Positions 23,391 through 33,510 of a stretch of DNA of 64,000 nt are shown piece by piece; the stretch's first letter is position 1; each line of letters starts with the position of its first letter. Source of the DNA: an uncultured Mycolicibacterium sp. (GTDB lineage Bacteria > Actinomycetota > Actinomycetes > Mycobacteriales > Mycobacteriaceae); NCBI RefSeq assembly GCF_937941905.1, contig NZ_CALDGS010000063.1, positions 6,268 through 70,267 on the forward strand, written 5' to 3'. The notes under the pieces are model-generated. The model was given only the letters and a program-made list of their open reading frames with translations. It did not search any database and was not told where the DNA came from. The translations under genes were made by a program, and so were the position numbers.

Positions 23391-26054
23391 ATGCCCAGTA
23401 AGACCGCTGCGCGCACCGGCACCCGTTCGAGCAGGTCGAAGGCCGCTTCGTCGCGGGGGGCCGGCCGGTCCGCACGTCCTGCGCCGGCCCGGCGGAAGCC
23501 CGCGGCCCGGCCCGCGCGCAAGGCGGGACCCTCGCCCGTCGCCACCGCCGGGGCCGCCCTCGGCCGCGGCGCCCGCGCGGGCTGGCTGATGGTCGCCAAG
23601 GGGGTGGGCAGCACCGCCCGCTCGGTCGGCCGCGCCCGTGACATCGATCCGGGACACCGCCGCGACGGCATCGCGCTGGCGTTGCTGGCGCTGGCGGTGA
23701 TCGTCGCCGCCGCGTGCTGGTTCGACGCCGCCCGACCGGTCGGGGCGTGGATCGACACCGCGCTGCGCACGGTCGTCGGCGGCGCGGTGGTGCTGGTGCC
23801 GATCGTGCTGGCCACCGTCGCGGTGGTGCTCATGCGCACCGAGCCGGACCCGGAGACCCGGCCCCGGCTCATCCTGGGCGCCGCGATGATCACGCTGCCG
23901 GTGCTGGGGCTGTGGCACCTGTTCAGCGGGGCGCCCGCCGACCCGGCCGCCCGGCGCGGCGCCGCCGGGTTCGTCGGCTTCGCGATCGGCGGTCCGCTGG
24001 CCGACGGGCTGTCGGTGTGGCTGGCGGTGCCGCTGCTGGTGATGGCCGCGCTGTTCGGGCTGCTGCTGGTCGCCGGCATCACCATCCGGGAGGTGCCCGA
24101 CGCGCTGCGGGCGCTGTTCTCCACCCGCTACCACGACGACTACGACGACGACTACGACGACTACGACGCCGACGATCACGACCGGTTCGACGACGACTAC
24201 GACGACGACCACCCCGGGGTCGGGGAGGACGCCGACGCCCGGGACGAGCCGGACGGCCGGCGCAGCCGCCGCCGCACGGCCGTGCGCGACGGGGCGTTCG
24301 ACGCCGTTCCCGACGCCCCGACCGGGCCGGTGGTCGCCCCGGTCCTCGACGGCGACGACGCGCCCGCCTGGGCCGGCAGCCCGATGGAGAACTACCCGCT
24401 CGACGAGGCCGACCCGCCGACGGTGCCCGAGCCCACCGCGCGGACCCGTAAACGGACTCCGCGCCCCGCAGCGGACCCGCAGCCGCCCGAGCCGACGCGG
24501 GCCGATCCGGACGCCGAGACGCTGTCGCTGGACCGCGTCGTGGAGGGGCCCTACACGCTGCCGCCGCTGGATCTGCTGGTGCCCGGCGACCCGCCGAAGA
24601 AGCGCAGCGCGGCCAACGACCAGATGATCGAGGCCATCACCTCGGTGCTGCAGCAGTTCAAGGTCGACGCCGCGGTCACCGGCTGCACCCGGGGACCGAC
24701 CGTCACCCGCTACGAGGTCGAGCTCGGCCCCGGCGTGAAGGTCGAGAAGATCACCGCGCTGCACCGCAACATCGCCTACGCGGTCGCCACCGAGAGCGTG
24801 CGCATGCTCGCCCCCATCCCGGGCAAGTCCGCGGTGGGCATCGAGGTGCCCAACGTCGACCGCGAGATGGTGCGGCTGTCGGACGTGCTGACCGCCCCGG
24901 TCACCCGCCGCGACCACCACCCGCTGGTGATCGGCCTGGGCAAGGACATCGAGGGCAACTTCGTCAGCGCCAACCTGGCCAAGATGCCGCACCTGCTGGT
25001 GGCCGGCTCCACCGGCTCGGGCAAGTCCAGCTTCGTCAACTCGATGCTGGTGTCGCTGCTGACCCGGGCCACCCCGGAGGAGGTCAGGATGATCCTGATC
25101 GACCCGAAGATGGTGGAGCTCACCCCCTACGAGGGCATCCCGCACCTGATCACGCCGATCATCACCGAGCCGAAGAAGGCCGCGGCCGCCCTGGCGTGGC
25201 TGGTCGAGGAGATGGAGCAGCGCTACCAGGACATGCAGGCCTCCCGGGTGCGCCACATCGACGTGTTCAACGCCAAGGTGCGCTCCGGGGAGATCACCAC
25301 CCCGCTGGGCAGCCAGCGCGAGTACAAGCCGTACCCGTACATCGTGGCGATCGTCGACGAGCTGGCCGACCTGATGATGACCGCGCCGCGCGACGTCGAG
25401 GACGCCATCGTGCGGATCACCCAGAAGGCCCGCGCGGCCGGTATCCACCTGGTGCTGGCCACCCAGCGGCCGTCGGTGGACGTGGTCACCGGCCTGATCA
25501 AGACCAACGTGCCGTCCCGGCTGGCGTTCGCCACCTCGTCGCTGACCGACAGCCGCGTCATCCTGGACCAGGCCGGCGCCGAGAAGCTCATCGGCATGGG
25601 CGACGGGCTGTTCCTGCCGATGGGGGCCAACAAGCCGATCCGGCTGCAGGGTGCCTTCGTCTCCGACGAGGAGATCCACGCGGTGGTCTCGGCCTGCAAG
25701 GAACAGGCCGAACCGGAGTTCGTCGAGGGCGTGACCGCGGTCAAGGCCGGCGAGCGCAAGGACGTCGATCCCGACATCGGCGACGACATGGACCTGTTCC
25801 TGCAGGCCGTGGAGCTGGTGGTGTCCAGCCAGTTCGGCTCCACCTCGATGCTGCAGCGCAAGCTGCGGGTCGGGTTCGCCAAGGCCGGCCGGCTGATGGA
25901 CCTGATGGAGACCCGCGGCATCGTCGGGCCCTCCGAGGGGTCCAAGGCCCGCCAGGTGCTGGTCAAGCCGGAGGACCTGGCCGGCACCCTGGCGCTCATC
26001 CGCGGCGGGTCCGACGCCACCGGCGCCGAGCCGTCCGACGACGGCGAGATCTGA
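23391..26054 (+). CDS. ftsK: DNA translocase FtsK
   Basis: Basic N-tail, 4 TM and an acidic linker. Motor domain has GSTGSGKS and IVDELADLM; the gamma domain has [21 protein letters not shown]. Confidence 0.96.
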   Translation: MPSKTAARTGTRSSRSKAASSRGAGRSARPAPARRKPAARPARKAGPSPVATAGAALGRGARAGWLMVAKGVGSTARSVGRARDIDPGHRRDGIALALLALAVIVAAACWFDAARPVGAWIDTALRTVVGGAVVLVPIVLATVAVVLMRTEPDPETRPRLILGAAMITLPVLGLWHLFSGAPADPAARRGAAGFVGFAIGGPLADGLSVWLAVPLLVMAALFGLLLVAGITIREVPDALRALFSTRYHDDYDDDYDDYDADDHDRFDDDYDDDHPGVGEDADARDEPDGRRSRRRTAVRDGAFDAVPDAPTGPVVAPVLDGDDAPAWAGSPMENYPLDEADPPTVPEPTARTRKRTPRPAADPQPPEPTRADPDAETLSLDRVVEGPYTLPPLDLLVPGDPPKKRSAANDQMIEAITSVLQQFKVDAAVTGCTRGPTVTRYEVELGPGVKVEKITALHRNIAYAVATESVRMLAPIPGKSAVGIEVPNVDREMVRLSDVLTAPVTRRDHHPLVIGLGKDIEGNFVSANLAKMPHLLVAGSTGSGKSSFVNSMLVSLLTRATPEEVRMILIDPKMVELTPYEGIPHLITPIITEPKKAAAALAWLVEEMEQRYQDMQASRVRHIDVFNAKVRSGEITTPLGSQREYKPYPYIVAIVDELADLMMTAPRDVEDAIVRITQKARAAGIHLVLATQRPSVDVVTGLIKTNVPSRLAFATSSLTDSRVILDQAGAEKLIGMGDGLFLPMGANKPIRLQGAFVSDEEIHAVVSACKEQAEPEFVEGVTAVKAGERKDVDPDIGDDMDLFLQAVELVVSSQFGSTSMLQRKLRVGFAKAGRLMDLMETRGIVGPSEGSKARQVLVKPEDLAGTLALIRGGSDATGAEPSDDGEI
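24126..24212 (+). repeat. in-frame GAC/TAC codon-level tandem repeat encoding the Asp/Tyr-rich FtsK linker
   Basis: The DNA reads tacgacgacgactacgacgacgactacgacgactacgac...gacgacgactacgacgacgac and encodes [29 protein letters not shown]. Confidence 0.8.
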
Positions 26055-26064
26055 GCCGAAGACC

Positions 26065-26589
26065 CTACAGCGTCAACAACATTCGGGTGTTGCCCAGGGT
26101 GTTGGGCTTGACGTAGGACAGGTCGAGGAACTCGGCCACGCCCTCGTCGTAGGAGCGGCACATCTCCTCGTAGACCTCGGCGGTCACCGGGGTGCCCTCG
26201 ATCTCGACGAAGCCGTGCCGGGCGAAGAACTCGACCTCGAAGGTCAGCACGAAGATGCGCTGCAGCTCCAGCGCCCGGGCGGTGGCGATCAACTGCTCGA
26301 CGATGCGGTGGCCCACGCCCTTGCCGCGCATCTTCGGGTGCACCGCGACGGTGCGGATCTCGGCGAGGTCGGACCACATCACATGCAGCGCCCCGCAGCC
26401 GACGACCTCGCCCTCGTACTCGGCGACCCAGAACTCCTGGACCGCCTCGTAGAGCGTGACGAGGTTCTTCTCCAGCAGGATCCGGCCGGCGTAGATGTCG
26501 ACCAGCGCCTTGATGGTCGGGACGTCGGAGGTGCGGGCGCGGCGCACCGTGACCGCGTCGGCACCGGGTGCGTCACTGGCTGCACTCAC
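26065..26589 (-). CDS. GNAT acetyltransferase, N-acetylglutamate synthase-like (Rv2747-like)
   Basis: ORF 26065..27369 trimmed to GTG 26589 (174 aa). VRRARTSDVPTIKALVDIYAGRILLEKNLVTLYEAVQEFWVAE and the GNAT core RGKGVG are present. Confidence 0.9.
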   Translation of the reverse strand: MSAASDAPGADAVTVRRARTSDVPTIKALVDIYAGRILLEKNLVTLYEAVQEFWVAEYEGEVVGCGALHVMWSDLAEIRTVAVHPKMRGKGVGHRIVEQLIATARALELQRIFVLTFEVEFFARHGFVEIEGTPVTAEVYEEMCRSYDEGVAEFLDLSYVKPNTLGNTRMLLTL

Positions 26590-26631
26590 AGGTGGAGCGT
26601 ATCGGTTCCGGCCACCCGATATTCTGTTGCG

Positions 26632-27228
26632 GTGCCGGGCCAACCTGATACCGATCCGGTGGTTCCGCGCGTCATCGTCGCGAACATCGCCAATGTGCTC
26701 ACCGGGATCCGGCTCGTCCTCGTACCGGTTTTCCTGGTGCTGTTGTTCGTCGGGGACGGGCACGAAACGTTCTGGCGGGCAATGGCGTTCACCGTGTTCG
26801 TGGTGGCCGTCGTCACCGACCGGTTCGACGGCGCGCTGGCCCGCAGCTACGGCATGGTCACCGAGTTCGGCACGCTGGCCGACCCGATCGCCGACAAGGC
26901 GCTGATCGGCGCGGCGCTGGTGGGGCTCTCGGTGCTCGGCGACCTGCCGTGGTGGGTGACGGTGGTGATCCTGGCCCGCGAGCTCGGCATCACGGTGCTG
27001 CGGTTCGCGGTGCTGCGGCACGGGGTGATCCCGGCCAGCCGCGGCGGCAAGCTCAAGACGCTGGTGCAGTCGGTGGCCATCGGGCTGTTCGTGCTGCCGC
27101 TGTCGGGCGCCTGGCTTACGGCGGCCTGGACGGTGATGCTCGCCGCGGTGGCGCTGACCGTGCTCACCGGCATCGACTACGTGGTCTCGGCGATTCGGGA
27201 TTCCCGTGCACGATCCGCTGGTCACTGA
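26632..27228 (+). CDS. pgsA: CDP-diacylglycerol--glycerol-3-phosphate 3-phosphatidyltransferase
   Basis: GTG 26632. CDP-alcohol phosphatidyltransferase motif DRFDGALAR...GTLADPIADK. Confidence 0.9.
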   Translation: MPGQPDTDPVVPRVIVANIANVLTGIRLVLVPVFLVLLFVGDGHETFWRAMAFTVFVVAVVTDRFDGALARSYGMVTEFGTLADPIADKALIGAALVGLSVLGDLPWWVTVVILARELGITVLRFAVLRHGVIPASRGGKLKTLVQSVAIGLFVLPLSGAWLTAAWTVMLAAVALTVLTGIDYVVSAIRDSRARSAGH

Positions 27229-27697
27229 CGACGCCCGCGCCCTGGTCGCCGAGCTCGGGGCGCGGCGGCAGACCGTGGCCACCGCCGAGTCGCTGACCGC
27301 CGGGCTGGTGGCGGCCACCATCGCCGGGGTGCCCGGGGCGTCGGCGGTGCTGCGCGGCGGGCTGATCACCTACCTGGTGGAGACCAAGATCACGCTGGCC
27401 GGGGTGCCGGCGGACCTGCTGGCGGAGGTCGGCCCGGTGGCCGAGCCCACGGCGCGGGCCATGGCGGTCGGCGCCCGGCAGCGCTGCGGCGCCACCTGGG
27501 GGGTGGGGCTGACCGGCGTGGCCGGGCCGGAACCGCACGGCGGGCACCCGCCGGGCACCGTCTACATCGGGCTGGCCGGCCCGGACGACACCGAGGTGGT
27601 CCGGCTGGCCGCCGCCGGCTCGCGCTGGGACATCCGCATCGCCGCGGTGCACGAGGCGCTGGCCCGGCTGCGCGCCTTCATCGCCGCCCGCCCGTGA
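27206..27697 (+). CDS. CinA-family protein, C-terminal PncC-type (NMN deamidase) domain only
   Basis: ATAESLTAGLVAATIAGVPGAS... Classic pgsA-cinA linkage. The start is uncertain (GTG 27206 overlaps pgsA by 23 nt). Confidence 0.85.
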   Translation: MHDPLVTDDARALVAELGARRQTVATAESLTAGLVAATIAGVPGASAVLRGGLITYLVETKITLAGVPADLLAEVGPVAEPTARAMAVGARQRCGATWGVGLTGVAGPEPHGGHPPGTVYIGLAGPDDTEVVRLAAAGSRWDIRIAAVHEALARLRAFIAARP

Positions 27698-27738
27698 CGC
27701 GGATCATGCCCGCGCCGCGCCCGCCGGGAATGCCCGCG

Positions 27739-27765
27739 GGGAACCCGGGGTCGCGGTGTGACGTT
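27739..27765 (+). promoter_or_regulatory. SigE/SigH-type promoter upstream of clgR
   Basis: GGGAACC - (17 nt between GGGAAC and CGTT) - CGTTG, ending 37 nt before the clgR ATG. Confidence 0.7.
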
Positions 27766-27802
27766 GCAGTAGATGAGTGGCAATTGATGAAGGAGGGGCC
27801 CG

Positions 27803-28129
27803 ATGGCGGCATTGCTGCGCGAGGTGATCGGCGACGTGCTGCGTCGCGCCCGGACCGAGCAGGGCCGCACGCTGCGCGAGGTGTCCGACTCGGCGCGGGT
27901 CAGCCTGGGGTATCTGTCCGAGGTGGAACGGGGTCGCAAGGAGGCGTCGAGCGAACTGCTCTCGGCGATCTGCTCGGCCCTGGACATCCCGCTGTCCCAG
28001 GTGCTCACCGACGCCGGCGAGGAGCTGCGCCGCGAGGAGTCCGCGGCGGCCGCCCGGCGCGAGGCCACCCGCATCGACGAGCGCACCAAGGTCGTCATTC
28101 CGCAGGTCGTCTCGATGGCCGTTGCCTAG
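27803..28129 (+). CDS. clgR: XRE-family transcriptional regulator ClgR
   Basis: [59 protein letters not shown]. Confidence 0.93.
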   Translation: MAALLREVIGDVLRRARTEQGRTLREVSDSARVSLGYLSEVERGRKEASSELLSAICSALDIPLSQVLTDAGEELRREESAAAARREATRIDERTKVVIPQVVSMAVA

Positions 28130-28214
28130 GGGGCGTTGCGGGGTGGGGCACGCGCGGCACCCGATAAGTTGGCACTGACAACACCACCGACCGGCACGAA
28201 GGCGGAATGAACCC

Positions 28215-29015
28215 ATGGCCAACCCGTTCGTCAAGGCGTGGAAGTACCTCATGGCGCTGTTCAGCTCCAAGGTCGACGAGTACGCCGATCCGAAGGTGCA
28301 GATCCAGCAGGCCATCGAGGAGGCCCAGCGCCAGCACCAGGCACTGACCCAGCAGGCCGCGCAGGTCATCGGCAACCAGCGCCAGCTGGAGATGCGGCTC
28401 AACCGCCAACTCGCCGAGGTGGAGAAGCTGCAGGTCAACGTGCGCCAGGCGCTCACCCTGGCCGACCAGGCCACCGCCGCCGGCGACACCGCCAAGGCCA
28501 CCGAGTACACCAACGCCGCCGAGGCGTTCGCCGCCCAGCTGGTGACCGCCGAGCAGAGCGTCGAGGATCTCAAGACGCTGCACGACCAGGCGCTACAGGC
28601 CGCCGCCCAGGCCAAGAAGGCCGTCGAGCAGAACGCCATGCTGCTGCAGCAGAAGCTGGCCGAGCGCACCAAGCTGCTGTCCCAGCTCGAGCAGGCCAAG
28701 ATGCAGGAGCAGGTGAGCGCCTCGCTGCGGTCGATGAGCGAGCTGGCCGCCCCCGGCACCACCCCCAGCCTGGAGGAGGTGCGGCAGAAGATCGAGCAGC
28801 GCTACGCCAACGCCATGGGTGCGGCCGAGCTGGCGCAGAACTCGGTGCAGGGCCGGATGATGGAGATCGAACAGGCCAGCGTCCAGATGGCCGGTCACGC
28901 CCGGCTCGAGCAGATCCGCGCCTCGATGCGCGGCGAGCAGCTGCCGTCCGGCGGCACCGTCGCGCCCGCCGCCAACCCGCCGGCGGCCGACCCGGAACAG
29001 CCGCTGTCCGGGTAG
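28215..29015 (+). CDS. pspA: PspA/IM30 family envelope-stress protein (35-kDa antigen homologue)
   Basis: [38 protein letters not shown], followed by a long coiled coil. Confidence 0.93.
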   Translation: MANPFVKAWKYLMALFSSKVDEYADPKVQIQQAIEEAQRQHQALTQQAAQVIGNQRQLEMRLNRQLAEVEKLQVNVRQALTLADQATAAGDTAKATEYTNAAEAFAAQLVTAEQSVEDLKTLHDQALQAAAQAKKAVEQNAMLLQQKLAERTKLLSQLEQAKMQEQVSASLRSMSELAAPGTTPSLEEVRQKIEQRYANAMGAAELAQNSVQGRMMEIEQASVQMAGHARLEQIRASMRGEQLPSGGTVAPAANPPAADPEQPLSG

Positions 29016-29019
29016 GGCT

Positions 29020-29808
29020 GTGATGGCGGCGCACGAACCGGCCCGGCGGTCCCTGCTGCAGCGCGGCGCGAATGCCGCCGCGGCGCTGGCGGGCGCGGCC
29101 GCCGACCGGTTCGCCGCCTGGTCCGACCCGCGCGCCCGGGCGCTGCGCCGGCGCCGCTGGGCGCTGCGGCTCGGGGTGCTGTGCGCCGGCACCGCCGGGT
29201 TCTGGCTGGCGGTCACCGCGCTGTTGGCGACCTGGACGGTGCCGTTCTGGGTGCTGCTCATCACCGGCGTGTGCGCCGGCGTCTCGGCGTTCCCGGCGAC
29301 CCTGCTGCTGGTCTACTACCGCTGGCTGCGGGCCGAACCGCTGCCGCCGCCGCGCCGCGGGGGCCGGCGGCTGCCGCCCCGGGGATCGGCCGCCCGCGCG
29401 CCGATGGCGGTGCTGGCCGCGGGGGAGCGCGGCCTGGGCTCGCTGCTCGGCGTCATCGAACGGGCCCGGCTGCTGCCGGACGAGGAACTGCACGAACTCG
29501 CCGCGACCGCCGACCGCAGCGCCGCCACCATCGCCGGCACCGCCGCCGAGGTGGTCGCGATGGAACGGGCGATGCGGGCCGCGCCGCGGTCGCGCCGCCA
29601 CCTCGAGCCCACGGTGGTCGCGCTGACCGCCCAGTTGCAGCAGGGCGTGCGCCAGTACCACGACCTCGTCGACGCCGCCGCCCGGCTGGTCTCGACCGCG
29701 CCGTCGCCGCCGGAGTTGCGGCGGCGCCGCGCGGAACTGGCCGGGGCCACCGACCGGATGCAGGCCTGGGCGCAGGCGTTCGACGAACTGGCCCGGCTGC
29801 GCCGCTAG
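29020..29808 (+). CDS. membrane protein, Rv2743c (PspM)-like
   Basis: Lies 5 nt after pspA. Two TM helices (LGVLCAGTAGFWLAVTALLATW, FWVLLITGVCAGVSAF) followed by an Arg/Ala-rich helical part. The call rests on position and topology. Confidence 0.75.
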   Translation: MMAAHEPARRSLLQRGANAAAALAGAAADRFAAWSDPRARALRRRRWALRLGVLCAGTAGFWLAVTALLATWTVPFWVLLITGVCAGVSAFPATLLLVYYRWLRAEPLPPPRRGGRRLPPRGSAARAPMAVLAAGERGLGSLLGVIERARLLPDEELHELAATADRSAATIAGTAAEVVAMERAMRAAPRSRRHLEPTVVALTAQLQQGVRQYHDLVDAAARLVSTAPSPPELRRRRAELAGATDRMQAWAQAFDELARLRR

Positions 29809-30245
29809 AGCGTCGGCCGCAGCGCCGGGAACGGGATCGCCAGCAGCCCGCGCACCGTGGCCCGCACCATGTCGAGGAAGTCGAAGTAGTCCCGCCACAA
29901 CGTGATCCGGCCGTCGCGCAGTTCGAACACCCCGCACACCCAGAACTGCAGCCGCAGCGGACCGAACTGCAGTACGTCGGTGCGCTCGGTGAGCACGTGG
30001 TCGTCGGCGGCGGCGATGCGGTGGATCTTCACCTCGAAGCCGATCGGGCCGCGGTCCATCGAGCGCATCAGCTTCATCGTGCGCCGGCGGCCGTGCACGG
30101 TCGGCAGTCCCACGTTCTGGTAGACCAGGTCGTCGGCGAGCGCGGCCTCGGCGGTGGTGAAGTCCTTGTGCTGCAGCGCGTCGAGGAAAACCTCGACCAC
30201 GCGCGTGTTCTCGACGGCGGTGAGTTCGTCGATGCGGTCCGTCAT
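29805..30245 (-). CDS. limonene-1,2-epoxide hydrolase / SnoaL-like protein (Rv2740 EphG-like)
   Basis: ORF 29805..31208 trimmed to ATG 30245 (146 aa). MTDRIDELTAVENTRVVEVFLDALQHKDF... Confidence 0.8.
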   Translation of the reverse strand: MTDRIDELTAVENTRVVEVFLDALQHKDFTTAEAALADDLVYQNVGLPTVHGRRRTMKLMRSMDRGPIGFEVKIHRIAAADDHVLTERTDVLQFGPLRLQFWVCGVFELRDGRITLWRDYFDFLDMVRATVRGLLAIPFPALRPTL

Positions 30246-30288
30246 GGCGCCAGCGTAGCGCCGATCACACTGTGGCAGGGTGGATGCG

Positions 30289-31461
30289 ATGCGAGTCGCC
30301 GTTGTCGCCGGACCCGATCCCGGCCACGCTTTTCCCGCGCTCGCACTGTGCCTGCGGTTCGCCGCGGCCGGCGACGACCCGGTGCTGCTGACCGGCGCGG
30401 CCTGGCTGCCGACCGCCGAGCGGGCCGGCGTGGCCGCGGTGGAGCTGGCCGGGCTGGACCCCACCGCCGCCGACGACGACGCCGACGCCGGGGACAAGAT
30501 CCACCGCCGCGCCGCCCGGATGGCCGTGCTCAACGCGCCGCGGCTCGCCGAGCTGGGGGTGGACCTGGTCGTCTCCGACGTGATCACCACCTGCGGCGGG
30601 ATGGCCGCCGAACTGCTCGGCCTGCCCTGGGTGGAGCTCAGCCCGCACCCGCTGTACCTGCCGTCGCGGTACCTGCCGCCGATCGGCTCCGGCCTGGCAC
30701 CCGGACGGGGGCTGCACGGCCGGCTGCGCGACGCGGCGCTGCGGGCGCTGAGCGCCCGGTCCTGGCGGGCCGGGCTGCGCCAGCGCGCCGCGGCCCGGAC
30801 CGGGATCGGCCTGCCGCCCGACGAACCCGGGCCGCTGCGGCGGCTGGTCGCGACCCTGCCGGCGCTGGAGCTGCCCCGGCCGGACTGGCCGGCCGAGGCG
30901 GTGCTGGTGGGCCCGCTGCACTTCGAACCGACCGACGCCGTGCTCGAGGTGCCGGACGGCGACGGCCCGCTGGTGGTGGTCGCCCCGTCGACGGCGACCA
31001 CCGGCACGGCCGGGCTGGCCGAGACCGCGCTGCGCGCGCTGCGGCCCGGTGCGGCGCTGCCGGCCGGTACCCGGGTGGCGGTGTCGCGGCTGTCCGGCCC
31101 GCGACTGGCGGTCCCGGACTGGGCGGTGGTCGGGCTGGGCCGCCAGGATCTGCTGCTGGCGGCCGCCGACCTGGTGGTGTGCGGCGGTGGGCACGGGATG
31201 CTGACCAAGACGCTGCTGGCCGGGGTGCCGATGGTGGTGGTGCCCGGCGGCGGCGACCAGTGGGAGCTGGCGAACCGGGTGGTGCGGCAGGGCAGCGCGC
31301 GGCTGGTGCGGCCGCTGACCGAGGCGGCGCTGGCCGCCGCGGCCGCCGCGGTGCTGGCCGACCCCGCCCACCGGGCCGCGGCGGCGCGGGCGATCGCGGG
31401 CGCGGCGGGGGTGGCCGACCCGGTGCGGGTGTGCCATGAGGCGCTCGCGGCGCGGGCGTAG
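30289..31461 (+). CDS. GT1-family glycosyltransferase (Rv2739c-like)
   Basis: C-terminal nucleotide-sugar signature VVCGGGHGMLTKTLLAGVPMVVVPGGGDQ. Start ATG 30289; GTG 30280 is possible. Confidence 0.85.
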   Translation: MRVAVVAGPDPGHAFPALALCLRFAAAGDDPVLLTGAAWLPTAERAGVAAVELAGLDPTAADDDADAGDKIHRRAARMAVLNAPRLAELGVDLVVSDVITTCGGMAAELLGLPWVELSPHPLYLPSRYLPPIGSGLAPGRGLHGRLRDAALRALSARSWRAGLRQRAAARTGIGLPPDEPGPLRRLVATLPALELPRPDWPAEAVLVGPLHFEPTDAVLEVPDGDGPLVVVAPSTATTGTAGLAETALRALRPGAALPAGTRVAVSRLSGPRLAVPDWAVVGLGRQDLLLAAADLVVCGGGHGMLTKTLLAGVPMVVVPGGGDQWELANRVVRQGSARLVRPLTEAALAAAAAAVLADPAHRAAAARAIAGAAGVADPVRVCHEALAARA

Positions 31462-31471
31462 GTTTGTGCCC

Positions 31472-31666
31472 GTGCGGTTGACCGAATTCCACGAACTCGT
31501 CGCGGCCCAGTTCGGTGCGGTGCGCGGGGAATCGCTGCTCATCGACCACGTGCTGTCGGCGCTGGGCGGGCGGACCGCGGCCCAGGCGATCGAGGACGGG
31601 GTCGACCCCCGGACGGTGTGGCGGGCGCTGTGCGCGGACTTCGACGTGCCCAAGGAGCTCTGGTAG
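31472..31666 (+). CDS. DUF3046 protein (Rv2738c-like)
   Basis: VRLTEFHELVAAQFG...AQAIEDGVDPRTVWRALCADFDVP. This gene is conserved just upstream of actinobacterial recA. Confidence 0.85.
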   Translation: MRLTEFHELVAAQFGAVRGESLLIDHVLSALGGRTAAQAIEDGVDPRTVWRALCADFDVPKELW

Positions 31667-31802
31667 GCCCCGCCACCGTCGCCGCGTGAGGCGAATCATC
31701 CGGTGCCGTAAGGATTCTCGCCTAGGTTCCGGGTACGCGGCGGGGCCGGTGCCACCGGGTGGGCGCCGGCTGCCGGCGGGCCGTCCGGCGTGTCCGCTTG
31801 AG

Positions 31803-31818
31803 TCGAACAGATGTTCGT
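31803..31818 (+). promoter_or_regulatory. LexA SOS box upstream of recA
   Basis: TCGAACAGATGTTCGT versus the mycobacterial consensus TCGAAC-N4-GTTCGA. Confidence 0.85.
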
Positions 31819-31874
31819 CTACAGTGGTGGTGTTCGACGGCCACGGCGCCGGCCGACGGCCGCGATCGGCGATC

Positions 31875-31897
31875 TTGTCGGTGGCGGCGGTTAGCGT
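31875..31897 (+). promoter_or_regulatory. RecA-NDp (PafBC-dependent type) promoter motif proximal to recA
   Basis: TTGTCGGTG - 8 nt - TAGCGT versus the recalled motif tTGTCRgtg-N8-TAnnnT. Lies 55 nt upstream of the recA ATG. Confidence 0.75.
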
Positions 31898-31951
31898 CAC
31901 GACCAACTGATCGACATCCGATCACCGGACAACACGAGGACGGAGACGACC

Positions 31952-32995
<1,044 letters not shown>

Positions 32996-33510
32996 GTCCG
33001 GGGCGGCCGCCGAGCGCGCCGAGCAGGCGCACGCCTACTGCCTGCGCCTGCTCACCGCCCGGGCCCGCACCCGGGCCGAACTGGCCGGCAAGCTGGCCCA
33101 GCGCGGCTACCCGGAGGAGGTCGCTGAGCGGGTGCTGGACCGGCTGGCCGCGGTCGGCCTGGTCGACGACGTCGACTACGCCGAGCAGTGGGTGCGGTCC
33201 CGGCACCGCTACGCCGGGCGGGGCCGCCGGGCGCTGGCGGCCGAGCTGCGCCGCAAGGGCGTCGACGAACAGACCATCGACACCGCGTTGGCCGACCTGG
33301 ATGCCGGGGCGGAGCGGCAGCGGGCCGAACAGCTGGTCCGCGACCGGCTGCGCCGGGAGCGGCTCGACGACGCCGACGACACCAGGGTGATGCGGCGGCT
33401 GGTCGGCATGCTGGCCCGCCGCGGCTACCCGCAGTCGATGGCCTTCGACGTGGTGACCGTCGAGCTCGCCAACGAGCGGGAGCGCCGCCGGGTCTAGAAC
33501 CACCGCGCGG

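Noticed and set aside
24126-24212. Tandem repeat in ftsK, considered as a CRISPR or minisatellite
   Set aside because: The repeat unit is 3-9 nt, in frame and inside a conserved gene. There are no spacers and no cas genes. It is a coding low-complexity tract.
22455-25679. 1074-aa ORF antisense to ftsK and overlapping the SDR and ABM genes
   Set aside because: Same artefact. The opposite strand encodes an unmistakable FtsK, and the ORF product is low-complexity Arg/Gly/Pro.
26590-27369. N-terminal extension of the GNAT ORF (434 aa in the ORF track)
   Set aside because: The extension is antisense to pgsA, which has a clear CDP-alcohol transferase motif, and is His/Arg/Pro-rich. The homologous Rv2747-type protein is 174 aa, which matches GTG 26589.
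28170-28175. TGGCAC upstream of pspA, reminiscent of a sigma-54 -24 element as in enterobacterial psp operons
   Set aside because: The required downstream TTGC at the correct spacing is absent, and mycobacteria are not known to encode sigma-54.
27698-28214. Search for ClgR operator (CGC-N5-GCG-type) sites upstream of clgR and pspA
   Set aside because: I found no convincing dyad with the recalled spacing by eye. CGC and GCG triplets are too frequent at this GC content to interpret without a scoring matrix.
31689-31723. Imperfect hairpin AGGCGAATC-(15 nt)-GATTCTCGCCT between DUF3046 and the recA SOS box
   Set aside because: The stem is bulged and short with no U-tract. It could be a weak terminator, but the support is too thin to call.
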